IMG/VR virus record: IMGVR_UViG_3300034073_003340
Span: 186,001-250,000 of that record
DNA length: 64,000 nucleotides
Strand: one strand, 5' to 3'
Shown: one piece after another, positions 55,165 to 63,754 of the stretch
Numbering within the stretch: the stretch's first letter is position 1
How the letters are laid out: each line of letters starts with the position of its first letter
Program-made: the position numbers and the translations under genes
The notes under the pieces: generated by a model
What the model was told of the DNA's origin: nothing
The model's database searches: none
Seen by the model: the letters and a program-made list of their open reading frames with translations, nothing else

Positions 55165-55488
55165 TCAATGAGAAATATACTCAGTCTCTGGATCACCTTC
55201 AATGCGACGTCGACCTGTCTTGGGATGGCGATGCCAATGCTTTGGTTCGCCCTCGAAGCCCCGCTGTCGCCACTCTTCTAGGGCATGTTCCACTAGCAGC
55301 ATATTGCCAACCATACGGTCGTCATAGCACCAGCGGTCGTCATAACCCCAGAAGTTGTCCATGGAACCAGTGATCATTGTCCAGTGAAACATGAGGCGAT
55401 AGAAGGCGACATATTCGTCGCCTCCCCGAATAAGCTCAACGTGCTTATAATCGCGCTTCAACTGCGCTAGATATTCTTCGCGGGTCAT
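55165..55488 (-). CDS. Hypothetical phage protein
   Basis: GYDDRWCY...GEP..WHRHPKTGRRR. Confidence 0.75.
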   Translation of the reverse strand: MTREEYLAQLKRDYKHVELIRGGDEYVAFYRLMFHWTMITGSMDNFWGYDDRWCYDDRMVGNMLLVEHALEEWRQRGFEGEPKHWHRHPKTGRRRIEGDPETEYISH

Positions 55489-55526
55489 GCTCGCTTGTCT
55501 ATACCCTAAACAAGCGAGCGTCTACC

Positions 55527-56099
55527 TCAACCCTTGTGTTCCTTGATATAACGCTGGGCAGTCGACAGCCCAACGCCAGTGATCTTCGCAATACGCGGAA
55601 TCGAGAATGACCCCTGGCGATAGAGGTCAATTACGTTCTGCCGCTTTTCACGCGAACGAATCTGGGCCGCGCTCAGGGTCTTTTTGGCGGGACTGACTAC
55701 TGCCTTTGACGCCGAGGACACGGTGCTCAGGCTATTGATATCTGCCTGTGTTACTGCTCCAGTATCGAGAAGATGCTTGATGAGTTTGGCGCCAACTGAC
55801 AGGCCGGCTGTTGGTGCGATCTTGACAAGCTTCGCAGCCTTGGTGCTCTTTTTGGTCTTACTGGACTTTCCATTGGGATTGAATGGCAGACCAGCAGGAG
55901 TTTTGCCTTTGGCCCGGGCATCTTCCCAGATCTTTTTGAAGTTGGTCTGACGTCCACGCTTTGGCACATTGTATTTTTCGAGGATATCATACAACAGCTT
56001 TGAATACAGACCAGGAAAATCAGCGTAGATCTGTTTCAGGGTATCGCCCCTCTTGTATGCTTCTACGATATTCAGTTCGTCTTGCTCGGACAGGGTCAT
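55527..56099 (-). CDS. Multi-HTH protein with Lys/Ala-rich linker
   Basis: N- and C-terminal HTH (SIPRIAKITGVGLSTAQRYI). Confidence 0.75.
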   Translation of the reverse strand: MTLSEQDELNIVEAYKRGDTLKQIYADFPGLYSKLLYDILEKYNVPKRGRQTNFKKIWEDARAKGKTPAGLPFNPNGKSSKTKKSTKAAKLVKIAPTAGLSVGAKLIKHLLDTGAVTQADINSLSTVSSASKAVVSPAKKTLSAAQIRSREKRQNVIDLYRQGSFSIPRIAKITGVGLSTAQRYIKEHKG

Positions 56100-56160
56100 A
56101 AGATGCTCCGTTAGGCGCCAGCAGCGCAACAAAGTGGGATTAAAAATCCCAATGCGCCTT

Positions 56161-56649
56161 TTACGACCCAGGATACTCGGCTGTCAACAGATTTATGGAA
56201 CCAACGGCCTTGATGAGCTTCTCAAGGATCTCATCCGTTTTGGGATGGGGCTTGCCCTGTTTGTCATTATAAATTTTGTTGTCGCCTATTGGGTGAAGCT
56301 TTCGAAAAGCGTTGCTCAGCCGTTGGCCCTGCTCGTCGTCTTCAATAAAAGCGAGAACCTTTACAGGTCCCCAGCGGTTTTCCTTGAGATAACGAATATC
56401 ATCCCTGAACTCATAACCCTCAGGGGCCGGTTCAAATGCGCTCGCACAATATCGATCACGCGAGTAGATAGTATCGTCGAATACCGCCTTTTGGCGACGG
56501 GTGGGCGCTCGGGCCTCGCGGGTAATCTTGCCCCACCAGTTCCTTGTCTCACCACGTTCTGCAATATCGAGGATCCAGACGTTGATGCCTTCGTTAACGG
56601 GCTCGCAATATGCGACACCTCTGAAATCCTTGAATACTGCCCAGCGCAC
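56161..56649 (-). CDS. Hypothetical protein
   Basis: 162 aa. Confidence 0.7.
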   Translation of the reverse strand: MRWAVFKDFRGVAYCEPVNEGINVWILDIAERGETRNWWGKITREARAPTRRQKAVFDDTIYSRDRYCASAFEPAPEGYEFRDDIRYLKENRWGPVKVLAFIEDDEQGQRLSNAFRKLHPIGDNKIYNDKQGKPHPKTDEILEKLIKAVGSINLLTAEYPGS

Positions 56650-56650
56650 T

Positions 56651-56812
56651 TTAGTTCTCGATCCGGTGGTTGACCACGTTGTTGAACAGGGCCTTCTTTG
56701 CCGAGATTACACCCGCGCGCTTGATGGAATCCATTGCCGTCTCCGAGTCGATCTCGAACTCGTGATCCTTACGGTGACGGCCGTTCTTGGTAGTGATGAT
56801 CAGCTTTGCCAC
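56651..56812 (-). CDS. Small hypothetical protein
   Basis: GTG start after GGGAG; 53 aa. Confidence 0.55.
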   Translation of the reverse strand: MAKLIITTKNGRHRKDHEFEIDSETAMDSIKRAGVISAKKALFNNVVNHRIEN

Positions 56813-56864
56813 TACTCGTCTCCCATTAGGGGAGGGGAGGAGACTAACCCCTCCCCCGCCACCA

Positions 56865-57185
56865 TTACTTCGAGATCGAAGCTGCCTTTTCTGCGGCGTC
56901 GGCCGCGACGGCCAGGTTGAACCAGCCATACTTGGCGGGGACCAGCTTGACCGCGGTGCCGGCTTCGGGCAGGTGCTCGGCGATTTCGCTGGGCAGACCC
57001 AGGCGACGACCGGCGCCCTTGACACCGAGGTCGCGGAGAAGTTCGGTCTTGGGCATGTTCACGGTCGAGGTGCGGTCGGTGAAGCGGACCTGGACCTGTT
57101 CGTCACGAACGCGAACGCGGGCCTTGGTTGCGGCGCCGATCACATTGGCACTCACGCTGGCAATGAAATTCACAGTCTTATACAC
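56865..57185 (-). CDS. AbrB/MraZ-like paralog 3
   Basis: KARVR...VRFTDR...MPKTELL...RLGLPSEIAEHL...KYGWFNL; promoter 57260; GC hairpin at about 56829-56857. Confidence 0.8.
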   Translation of the reverse strand: MYKTVNFIASVSANVIGAATKARVRVRDEQVQVRFTDRTSTVNMPKTELLRDLGVKGAGRRLGLPSEIAEHLPEAGTAVKLVPAKYGWFNLAVAADAAEKAASISK

Positions 57186-57296
57186 GTTTCGATCTCCTTG
57201 TTATTTCAGGGGCACCATTGCCCCGTCCATGCTCTGGGTTTATACTCTGGTTTTATGATGTCAACCAGAAAAATACTCTGATTTAAATTTTTGAAC

Positions 57297-57322
57297 ATGG
57301 GGGAGGCGAACCTCCCCCATGA
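57297..57322. terminator. Hairpin terminator
   Basis: catgggggagg-cgaa-cctcccccatg. Confidence 0.7.
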
Positions 57323-57670
57323 TCAGATATATTCTCCAAAAATCTCACGATCGTTACGACGATCAGGGATCATCATCTTTGATAGAGCGTGGATATACCC
57401 AAACCTTGCTGCTTCACGCCAGGCATCCATGGGGTTGATATCCACATCAAAACGCTTTGCTACCGCGTTTTGATCCTCTTCGTCGTTGTCATCAAGACCA
57501 ATGCCATTATAGACAACGAACTCCTCGGGAGATTCTGGATTGGGGACCGCACTAACAGTGACCAGAACTTCGTCACCGCAGTGGATCTGTAGAAAATAAT
57601 CTTCATCAAACGTATGGGCTTCAACGGCATAAAACTGCCGTGCCCTTTCGTTCGCATCAATATCTGACAT
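57323..57670 (-). CDS. Acidic hypothetical protein
   Basis: AGGAG SD; variant promoter 57726. Confidence 0.75.
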   Translation of the reverse strand: MSDIDANERARQFYAVEAHTFDEDYFLQIHCGDEVLVTVSAVPNPESPEEFVVYNGIGLDDNDEEDQNAVAKRFDVDINPMDAWREAARFGYIHALSKMMIPDRRNDREIFGEYI

Positions 57671-57755
57671 CGGGGTCTCCTGGTTGTCGCTATGACACCA
57701 GCACTAAATGTCTGCTACCCTCAACGTCAATAAGTTTAGATGAAATCTTCTGCTG

Positions 57756-57974
57756 TTAGGCTGTAAACTTTTGAGCGATCATTTGCTCAATCGTTGAAAT
57801 TTTGGCCTCGAGTATATCCAGCATGGGTTGACCGTATTTTTCCATACGGTCAGGTGGATAGTTCTCAATCATTCGCAGATAATTGATGCGCTCGGTCTGT
57901 AGACCTTGAAGCAAGAGGCGGCTCATCTTTTCGTTGAGCCGCTCTCTTCCCTCCCATGCTTTATGGAGATTCAT
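57756..57974 (-). CDS. Hypothetical protein
   Basis: TAATG-coupled. Confidence 0.7.
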   Translation of the reverse strand: MNLHKAWEGRERLNEKMSRLLLQGLQTERINYLRMIENYPPDRMEKYGQPMLDILEAKISTIEQMIAQKFTA

Positions 57975-58324
57975 TAACGCAACTCAGGGTCCGCGTCACG
58001 AGCAGCGGCCTCGGCCCAGTCAATGTAATAGTCGAAGACGCGTTCGACCAGATGCGCCGCTGCTTCCGTCGGAGTCTGCTTGACTTCGCCAAAGCCCAGG
58101 ATCGACATCACGAATTCCTCGGTCAGCGTGATCTTCATCTGCTTCCATTCTTCAGCAGACTGACCAAAGGTCGGGAAGATCATCTGGGCGTTTTCGTTGG
58201 CGCCCTGTGCTGCCGTCATGACGAGATAGCTGGCGATCGACCCCAGGCCACGAAATTCGTTGCCCGAGCAAAGAGCAGAAATCACATAATCAGCAGCATA
58301 GATCTTGGTTTCTTCAAGCTTCAT
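57974..58324 (-). CDS. Hypothetical early protein
   Basis: Cassette promoter 58381. Confidence 0.75.
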   Translation of the reverse strand: MKLEETKIYAADYVISALCSGNEFRGLGSIASYLVMTAAQGANENAQMIFPTFGQSAEEWKQMKITLTEEFVMSILGFGEVKQTPTEAAAHLVERVFDYYIDWAEAAARDADPELR

Positions 58325-58399
58325 TTTCGATCTCCTTGTTTGTGTGCCTATGCTCTGGTGATAGCACCACACCAGAGTTTGTCAACCAGTTTTAGGAGA

Positions 58400-59422
58400 T
58401 TATTTGGTGGATGCGGTATAAAGATATACCTCATTTTTTCCGCTATCCGCTGATGCTGTATAATATGAATATTTTTCATTTTTGTATTTTTTGTTTTTGG
58501 CTTCTTTGTGAACGAGGGACTCCAATTCCTCGATTACCTCATTGAGAGATATAGCCTTTTGATGCTCTTTGGGTGGCAGCAAGCTATTGCCAACCACGTC
58601 ATTTTCTTTGATCTTTTCAAGATGATGCTGGACTGCGCTCTGGTAATTGAGAGGAGGACTCCACCAGTCCGGGGCAGGAGTAGGTTCAGCCAACATGCCA
58701 TGGGGGTTCAACCAAAAGGCTGACAAGCTGTCAGTAAGCCAGTAGAGATCGTTTTGCGCTCGCTGTTGTTCCTCGGTCCAGTTGCGCGCCACGACTGTTG
58801 GACCCTGCTCGATCAGCTGACGAGCAACTCGCTGCTCGCTTGTGGCAATCAGATTCAGGGTATTGTCGAGCAGCTTTTGGTCAGCGGCTAAGTTCTCGAG
58901 GAACAATTGCTCGCGATAAGCTTTGACTTCGGTATTGTTTTTCAGAAGCCAGCCGATCTTTTTACAAGTGGTAATCAAGCCATCCCGAGACAGATCAATG
59001 TCAAGATAGTAGGCAACATCCTTCTTTATCTCAACTGACGGCTTATTACAATGCCGCAAGGTGTCCCAGAGGGCAAGACCATCTTTGGAGAGATAGAACT
59101 CCCCACCTGGCTTCGACTGAAACACCAGACCTTTCTTTATGAGGTCTAAAACGATGTCAACAGACAATATATCCATTTTTCTGGTATCAATCCATTGCCT
59201 CGTAAAAGATCCCTCTTGAAAAGATACCTCTTTGACATTGAGTATAAGATTGATCTGATCCTCAGATATACCGCGCTTTGCGAGAACCTTTTTGGCTTTC
59301 GCAAGGGTCAATCCTCGAATCAAATCATGAAGACTGACATTACGGCTGGTCAGGTCACGCTTCACCGCATCAGCCATACCGAATACCATGCCGTTCTCCT
59401 GAATATGTTTAAGAATCTTCAT
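58400..59422 (-). CDS. Hypothetical protein
   Basis: About 340 aa; variant promoter 59451. Confidence 0.75.
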   Translation of the reverse strand: MKILKHIQENGMVFGMADAVKRDLTSRNVSLHDLIRGLTLAKAKKVLAKRGISEDQINLILNVKEVSFQEGSFTRQWIDTRKMDILSVDIVLDLIKKGLVFQSKPGGEFYLSKDGLALWDTLRHCNKPSVEIKKDVAYYLDIDLSRDGLITTCKKIGWLLKNNTEVKAYREQLFLENLAADQKLLDNTLNLIATSEQRVARQLIEQGPTVVARNWTEEQQRAQNDLYWLTDSLSAFWLNPHGMLAEPTPAPDWWSPPLNYQSAVQHHLEKIKENDVVGNSLLPPKEHQKAISLNEVIEELESLVHKEAKNKKYKNEKYSYYTASADSGKNEVYLYTASTK

Positions 59423-59451
59423 ATCCAGTCCTATACTACTCTGGTTTGTTG

Positions 59452-60114
59452 TCAATCAAAGAACACAAGTTCGAGACGAGGAACCAAGTCCTCATGACCA
59501 ATGGCTTTGATCAGCTGAATTACCTTGGCTTCAACCCCCTCATACTTTCTATGGAGAACACTTACAATACGTTCACCGATAACAGGTGCTTCAGTTAACC
59601 TAACGATTGAATCCTCAGGAAATTCGCAGACGCCTGCTCGACACAATGACCATGCCGCACTTAACAGGGCACAGGTGTGTTCCTCATGATCCTCATAGAC
59701 GTTCTTAAGCCCGATCTTCTTACCATTTGGGCTAAGATAACTCAATACTCGTTTGTTTTGGCGGCTGAATTGATCCCACACTAGGTCTTCTTGCGGGAGA
59801 CTGTGGATAATAGTCTCCGCGACCGGCGCCAGCTTGCCTTCAAATACCACATGATCGGGGGCCAGTCCCCGCCTCAAAATACAGCGAATGAATTCCGTGA
59901 CGTCCAGAGTATTATGCTCGATGTGGAGATCGTCGATCAATATCGCCGCTACCACTAGACTCTCGGGGTTGGATTCACGATCCAGATAGTTCTTCATGAC
60001 CGTGAGGCTGACATCCTGCTCGTCCCCAAACATGGAGTCAGCATAGATATGCGCGAACTCAACGAACATATGAGGCGTCGGAAGATCCGGCCTATCAGGA
60101 AGATGTGAACCCAT
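59452..60114 (-). CDS. Hypothetical protein, possible HUP/Rossmann nucleotidyltransferase-like
   Basis: VEFAHIY...ILIDD...CALLSAAW.L.R.G...SVL..KY. Confidence 0.5.
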   Translation of the reverse strand: MGSHLPDRPDLPTPHMFVEFAHIYADSMFGDEQDVSLTVMKNYLDRESNPESLVVAAILIDDLHIEHNTLDVTEFIRCILRRGLAPDHVVFEGKLAPVAETIIHSLPQEDLVWDQFSRQNKRVLSYLSPNGKKIGLKNVYEDHEEHTCALLSAAWSLCRAGVCEFPEDSIVRLTEAPVIGERIVSVLHRKYEGVEAKVIQLIKAIGHEDLVPRLELVFFD

Positions 60115-60144
60115 GTGCGTTTTCTAACACAAAACCAGAGTTCG

Positions 60145-60444
60145 TCAATTGATATTAGGTAATTTGACCTGATCCATTTCATCAACCCAGGTCAGTTTAA
60201 ACAGAACCGCATCTTGTTTTTCTTTGATCAAGAAAACCTGAAAATTTCCATTGCTCTGGCAAGATGTTGACCATTTTCCTTTGATCATTTCCATACACCA
60301 GTCCTCGACATCCGTTCGGGTAAAGTAATGTCTTACATATCTATCGGTCTTCGGGCATCGCTGTAAAACGCTCATTATCCCATTAAACCTGAATTGATAC
60401 CAGAAAAGCTGGTTGCTTTGTCTAGACACGGGAAGATTCGTCAT
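60145..60444 (-). CDS. FKLxW-family small protein
   Basis: DVEDWC..MIKGKW...FLIKEKQDAVLFKLTW. Confidence 0.8.
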   Translation of the reverse strand: MTNLPVSRQSNQLFWYQFRFNGIMSVLQRCPKTDRYVRHYFTRTDVEDWCMEMIKGKWSTSCQSNGNFQVFLIKEKQDAVLFKLTWVDEMDQVKLPNIN

Positions 60445-60695
60445 GTTTTAAAATGATCTCGCCAAGCTAGTTTGAAAAGCATAGCATCACTATCATCTTT
60501 GATGTAAAAGGTGATGCTATGATATTCAGCGACAAAAGTCCATTCGCCTGATATCATATCTATACACCAGCGCCCCGCTTTGGCATCTTCTGGACGTTTG
60601 ACGGAGAAAGTATGCCAGCCCAGATGATTGGCCGGGTTTGTTTGACTGCCCATCAGCAATTGGCCAATGGCCCCAATCGGGTTAGGCTGACTCAT
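60441..60695 (-). CDS. FKLxW-family small protein
   Basis: RWC.DMISGEW...FYIKDDSDAMLFKLAW. Confidence 0.85.
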   Translation of the reverse strand: MSQPNPIGAIGQLLMGSQTNPANHLGWHTFSVKRPEDAKAGRWCIDMISGEWTFVAEYHSITFYIKDDSDAMLFKLAWRDHFKT

Positions 60696-61096
60696 AGGGT
60701 CCCATATTCCCATGCCTCGATGGCGGGCAGCGGCGAACCCCGGCGAGCAAACTCGGCCTTGAGATCAGCTTCAGCCTTGCGAATGGCCTGCTCGGCCTCC
60801 CATTCATCAGCATCCTTGGCTTCCTTGACATCGTAGTAGTGGCTCCAGGAAGTATACTGAATACCATCCTTCTCCGAACGATAAGCAAGGGCAGCGTCCT
60901 CTTCTGCCTGGTGACGCTCGAACTCCTGTTCATAGGTGTCGAAGAAGTGGAGCATCATCTCCACTGAGTGACCGCGGGGGCGAATGCCGTGGATGCCCTT
61001 ATAGAGGTCGCTGTAGGATTCCTGGAAGGCCGGAGTCGCCATGTCGGCGAGGGTGAGGGTGCGAACGTTGCCGTTGTCGTTGAAAGTGAGACCCAT
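60692..61096 (-). CDS. Hypothetical early protein
   Basis: YSDLYK..HGIRPRG motif; promoter 61152. Confidence 0.75.
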   Translation of the reverse strand: MGLTFNDNGNVRTLTLADMATPAFQESYSDLYKGIHGIRPRGHSVEMMLHFFDTYEQEFERHQAEEDAALAYRSEKDGIQYTSWSHYYDVKEAKDADEWEAEQAIRKAEADLKAEFARRGSPLPAIEAWEYGTL

Positions 61097-61182
61097 CTGC
61101 GTAACTCCTCGTTGCTGCCTATGTCCTGGTTCTAGCAAAAATAGGTGAAGAGTCAACCACAATCTAACCAGAGTTGTGAATT

Positions 61183-62922
61183 TTATCCACTTGCTGATTC
61201 CAGTAGTCGATCAACGTGCCATTGGCAAAAATCTTCCATAGTGCAGGTTTTGCTGAATCCTAGAGTGAGCGCAAAATCCCGAAAATCATAATCACAGTCC
61301 CATATGGTTATGTTGAGACCCTTGAAGAATCTTACGTTTGCCTGCCATACAATCCTACTAAATTCCATTTCCACATCAGCGGGAATCTTTGCCCTCGCCC
61401 TCAGATTAACATAAGGCAACGCATAGGGAACGCGAGCACCGGTATTGTAACTGGTGACTACACTGAGCCCGCCAAACAGTGATCCCACGATAAAATCACG
61501 TAGATCAACCACATCATAATACTCAGTTCCAGCATAGTTGGAAAAATCCGACAAGATTACCGTGTCGATGACCTTGACATCTTTTGGTAGAATCGCGATA
61601 GCACTGGCAATGGTTCCACCAGTCACACAGTCATCTTCTACCATTACATATTCACCAGCAGGAATGCTACTGGCCTGGTCTTTTAAGCTTGGCATTCCGC
61701 CGCGATTTGACCTGTAGAGAGGCTTATCCTGAGTATCGCTCAACGCAAAATATCGCGTTGAGTCAATTCGGTAAGATCCTTCAAAGAACGGATCAAGACT
61801 GATAGTGGGTCGATCTCCTACTACCTCTTCAGCCTTTTTGATTTGGTCTGTTACCGAAACAAAGTGAACCTTATTTTTCTGGCCAGTTTTTTTAAACAAC
61901 TGAGCAATGCCAAGTCTGATAGCACTTTGAAGTTGAATGCGACGCTTTTCCAACTCTTCAAGCGAAGGGAAATGAGATGTAAAAACACTGCCAAGATCCT
62001 TCCAAAGATCAATGGCTAGATTTTCTTCATTGCGAATCAAGTAAGGAAGATCACCTGTATCCAACTTGTCCCAAGACTTTAGATATTCACTTACCCTAGG
62101 ATCCAAATGGTCATGATTACCCTCGCGAGCCAACTTGCTGGAAATATTACTGCGCGGCACACAAATGTGGTTAGAGGGCAGCGCCTTAGCGAACCCCTGG
62201 TTGTCTGAGCCAAAAACGTATACGACTTTGATTCCATCCGATATGTGTTTTTGGATCGATTCAGTCAGCCTTGCTACCACATCAGTAAAATTGATTTCAG
62301 CTGGCATATAGCGTGAGGCCCAAGGATCACAGGATAACCAGCTGCTATCCTGCGTGGCGAGTTCTACCATAGCACAACGGTGAACCGCAGGGATGGCCGC
62401 GGTTCCGTTATACTTTTGGCCCACATAACTATCATGACCTGGTGAGAAGAACCCTGCGATTACCTGTGATTTGCCATCCTGTTCTATGAGCTCACGGGCT
62501 GCTTCCATCATGGCAATATGACCGTTATGGATTGGTGCCATGCCACCAGTGGTCACTAGGACCACTCGTCTCTTTCCGCTACTGGTTTTGTAATTTTCGA
62601 TCAGCTTGTGGAAAGAAGTGGTCAAAAACATTGGATCATAGGCTTTATGATCCTTGGCTAACTTTTCCAGGCCGTCATCAAAAAAGCCAGCATCATAGAG
62701 AACTTGAGTGTTCTGATATTGGCTGTAGAGATAGTGATAACAAGGGTCACTTAGCGCCTTCCAAGCATATCGCTGGTCAGGGGTCATCGCTCCTTTTTCT
62801 TGAAGCGTATAACCATACTCAGCAGCTTCTGAGGGTAGAATGGCCGGATCGACCCCGAGAATCTCATATAGATTCTCAAGAGGTCGATACATTGTTATAC
62901 CACAGGCGTAAGTATCTGTCAT
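61183..62922 (-). CDS. NMNAT/NadD-like nucleotidyltransferase fused to type-I PRTase domain
   Basis: TGGMAPIHNGH, GFFSPGHDSYV..K, HRCAMVELA...W...DPW, VFGSDN; C-terminal VMVEDDCVTGGT PRPP-binding motif. Confidence 0.75.
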   Translation of the reverse strand: MTDTYACGITMYRPLENLYEILGVDPAILPSEAAEYGYTLQEKGAMTPDQRYAWKALSDPCYHYLYSQYQNTQVLYDAGFFDDGLEKLAKDHKAYDPMFLTTSFHKLIENYKTSSGKRRVVLVTTGGMAPIHNGHIAMMEAARELIEQDGKSQVIAGFFSPGHDSYVGQKYNGTAAIPAVHRCAMVELATQDSSWLSCDPWASRYMPAEINFTDVVARLTESIQKHISDGIKVVYVFGSDNQGFAKALPSNHICVPRSNISSKLAREGNHDHLDPRVSEYLKSWDKLDTGDLPYLIRNEENLAIDLWKDLGSVFTSHFPSLEELEKRRIQLQSAIRLGIAQLFKKTGQKNKVHFVSVTDQIKKAEEVVGDRPTISLDPFFEGSYRIDSTRYFALSDTQDKPLYRSNRGGMPSLKDQASSIPAGEYVMVEDDCVTGGTIASAIAILPKDVKVIDTVILSDFSNYAGTEYYDVVDLRDFIVGSLFGGLSVVTSYNTGARVPYALPYVNLRARAKIPADVEMEFSRIVWQANVRFFKGLNITIWDCDYDFRDFALTLGFSKTCTMEDFCQWHVDRLLESASG

Positions 62923-62961
62923 GTAGCCTATCTGCTACCAAACTGGTGACCTGTCAACCAC

Positions 62962-63360
62962 TCAGTAGCCAAAAAGACCAGCCCCACCCAGACAGTCGAT
63001 TTCTTCCTTGATCGGCTTTTGGCCCACGGCTTCAAGAACTTTGTTTTGGTTGTAGATGAGCATAGCTTTTTCGCTGAGTTCCTGGGCCTTGATATCCAGG
63101 TCGTGAGCTTCTTTAGCGGTCAGCTTTCGATCAGCCAAAGCCTTGGCGAGATCCATCTTCAAAGCGTTACAGTCGCCCCTTGAATAGCCACTGTCGATTA
63201 TTTCGCTGGCTTGGTCATATTCATAGCGGCCCACTTCCTGATCAGGGCGAACCAACCAGTCTGGCAACATATGCCAAACGCCAGCGACCCCAGCACCCAC
63301 ACAAATCAGCATAATCGAGATGCCAAAAATATCTCGACCACCCTGAGAAATTTTAGCCAT
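62962..63360 (-). CDS. Membrane-anchored hypothetical protein
   Basis: N-terminal TM segment. Confidence 0.7.
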   Translation of the reverse strand: MAKISQGGRDIFGISIMLICVGAGVAGVWHMLPDWLVRPDQEVGRYEYDQASEIIDSGYSRGDCNALKMDLAKALADRKLTAKEAHDLDIKAQELSEKAMLIYNQNKVLEAVGQKPIKEEIDCLGGAGLFGY

Positions 63361-63754
63361 TGATTATATCCCATTCACTTGCGATGTATGCGTAGTAGGA
63401 ATTTTCCTCGATACGCATGAAGTTGCTGGTCACGCTGGTCGAGCGTTCCACATAGGCGTTGCCCCGGATAGCCTGGCGCATGATGCTCTCACAGATGAAC
63501 TTGACCACTGCCTCTTCATCCTGAGGCTGGGCCGGGCTCAGCATAACCGCGTCGCGAGCAGATTCCCAAACGGAAATCGATACCAGGTAATGATTGGCGA
63601 CCTGTGCGCGGGCTGCGGTGCGCATTGCGCTCTCTGCCCACGAAAACGCATGAACGGCGTTGGTTTCCAGATCGTTCTTGAACTTCGCCAGTTCGACATC
63701 ATTGGCAGTAACCGCATTGGTGAAGAACCGCTTGATTTCTGCGAGGGTAATCAT
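63353..63754 (-). CDS. Hypothetical early protein
   Basis: Cassette promoter 63810. Confidence 0.75.
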   Translation of the reverse strand: MITLAEIKRFFTNAVTANDVELAKFKNDLETNAVHAFSWAESAMRTAARAQVANHYLVSISVWESARDAVMLSPAQPQDEEAVVKFICESIMRQAIRGNAYVERSTSVTSNFMRIEENSYYAYIASEWDIING

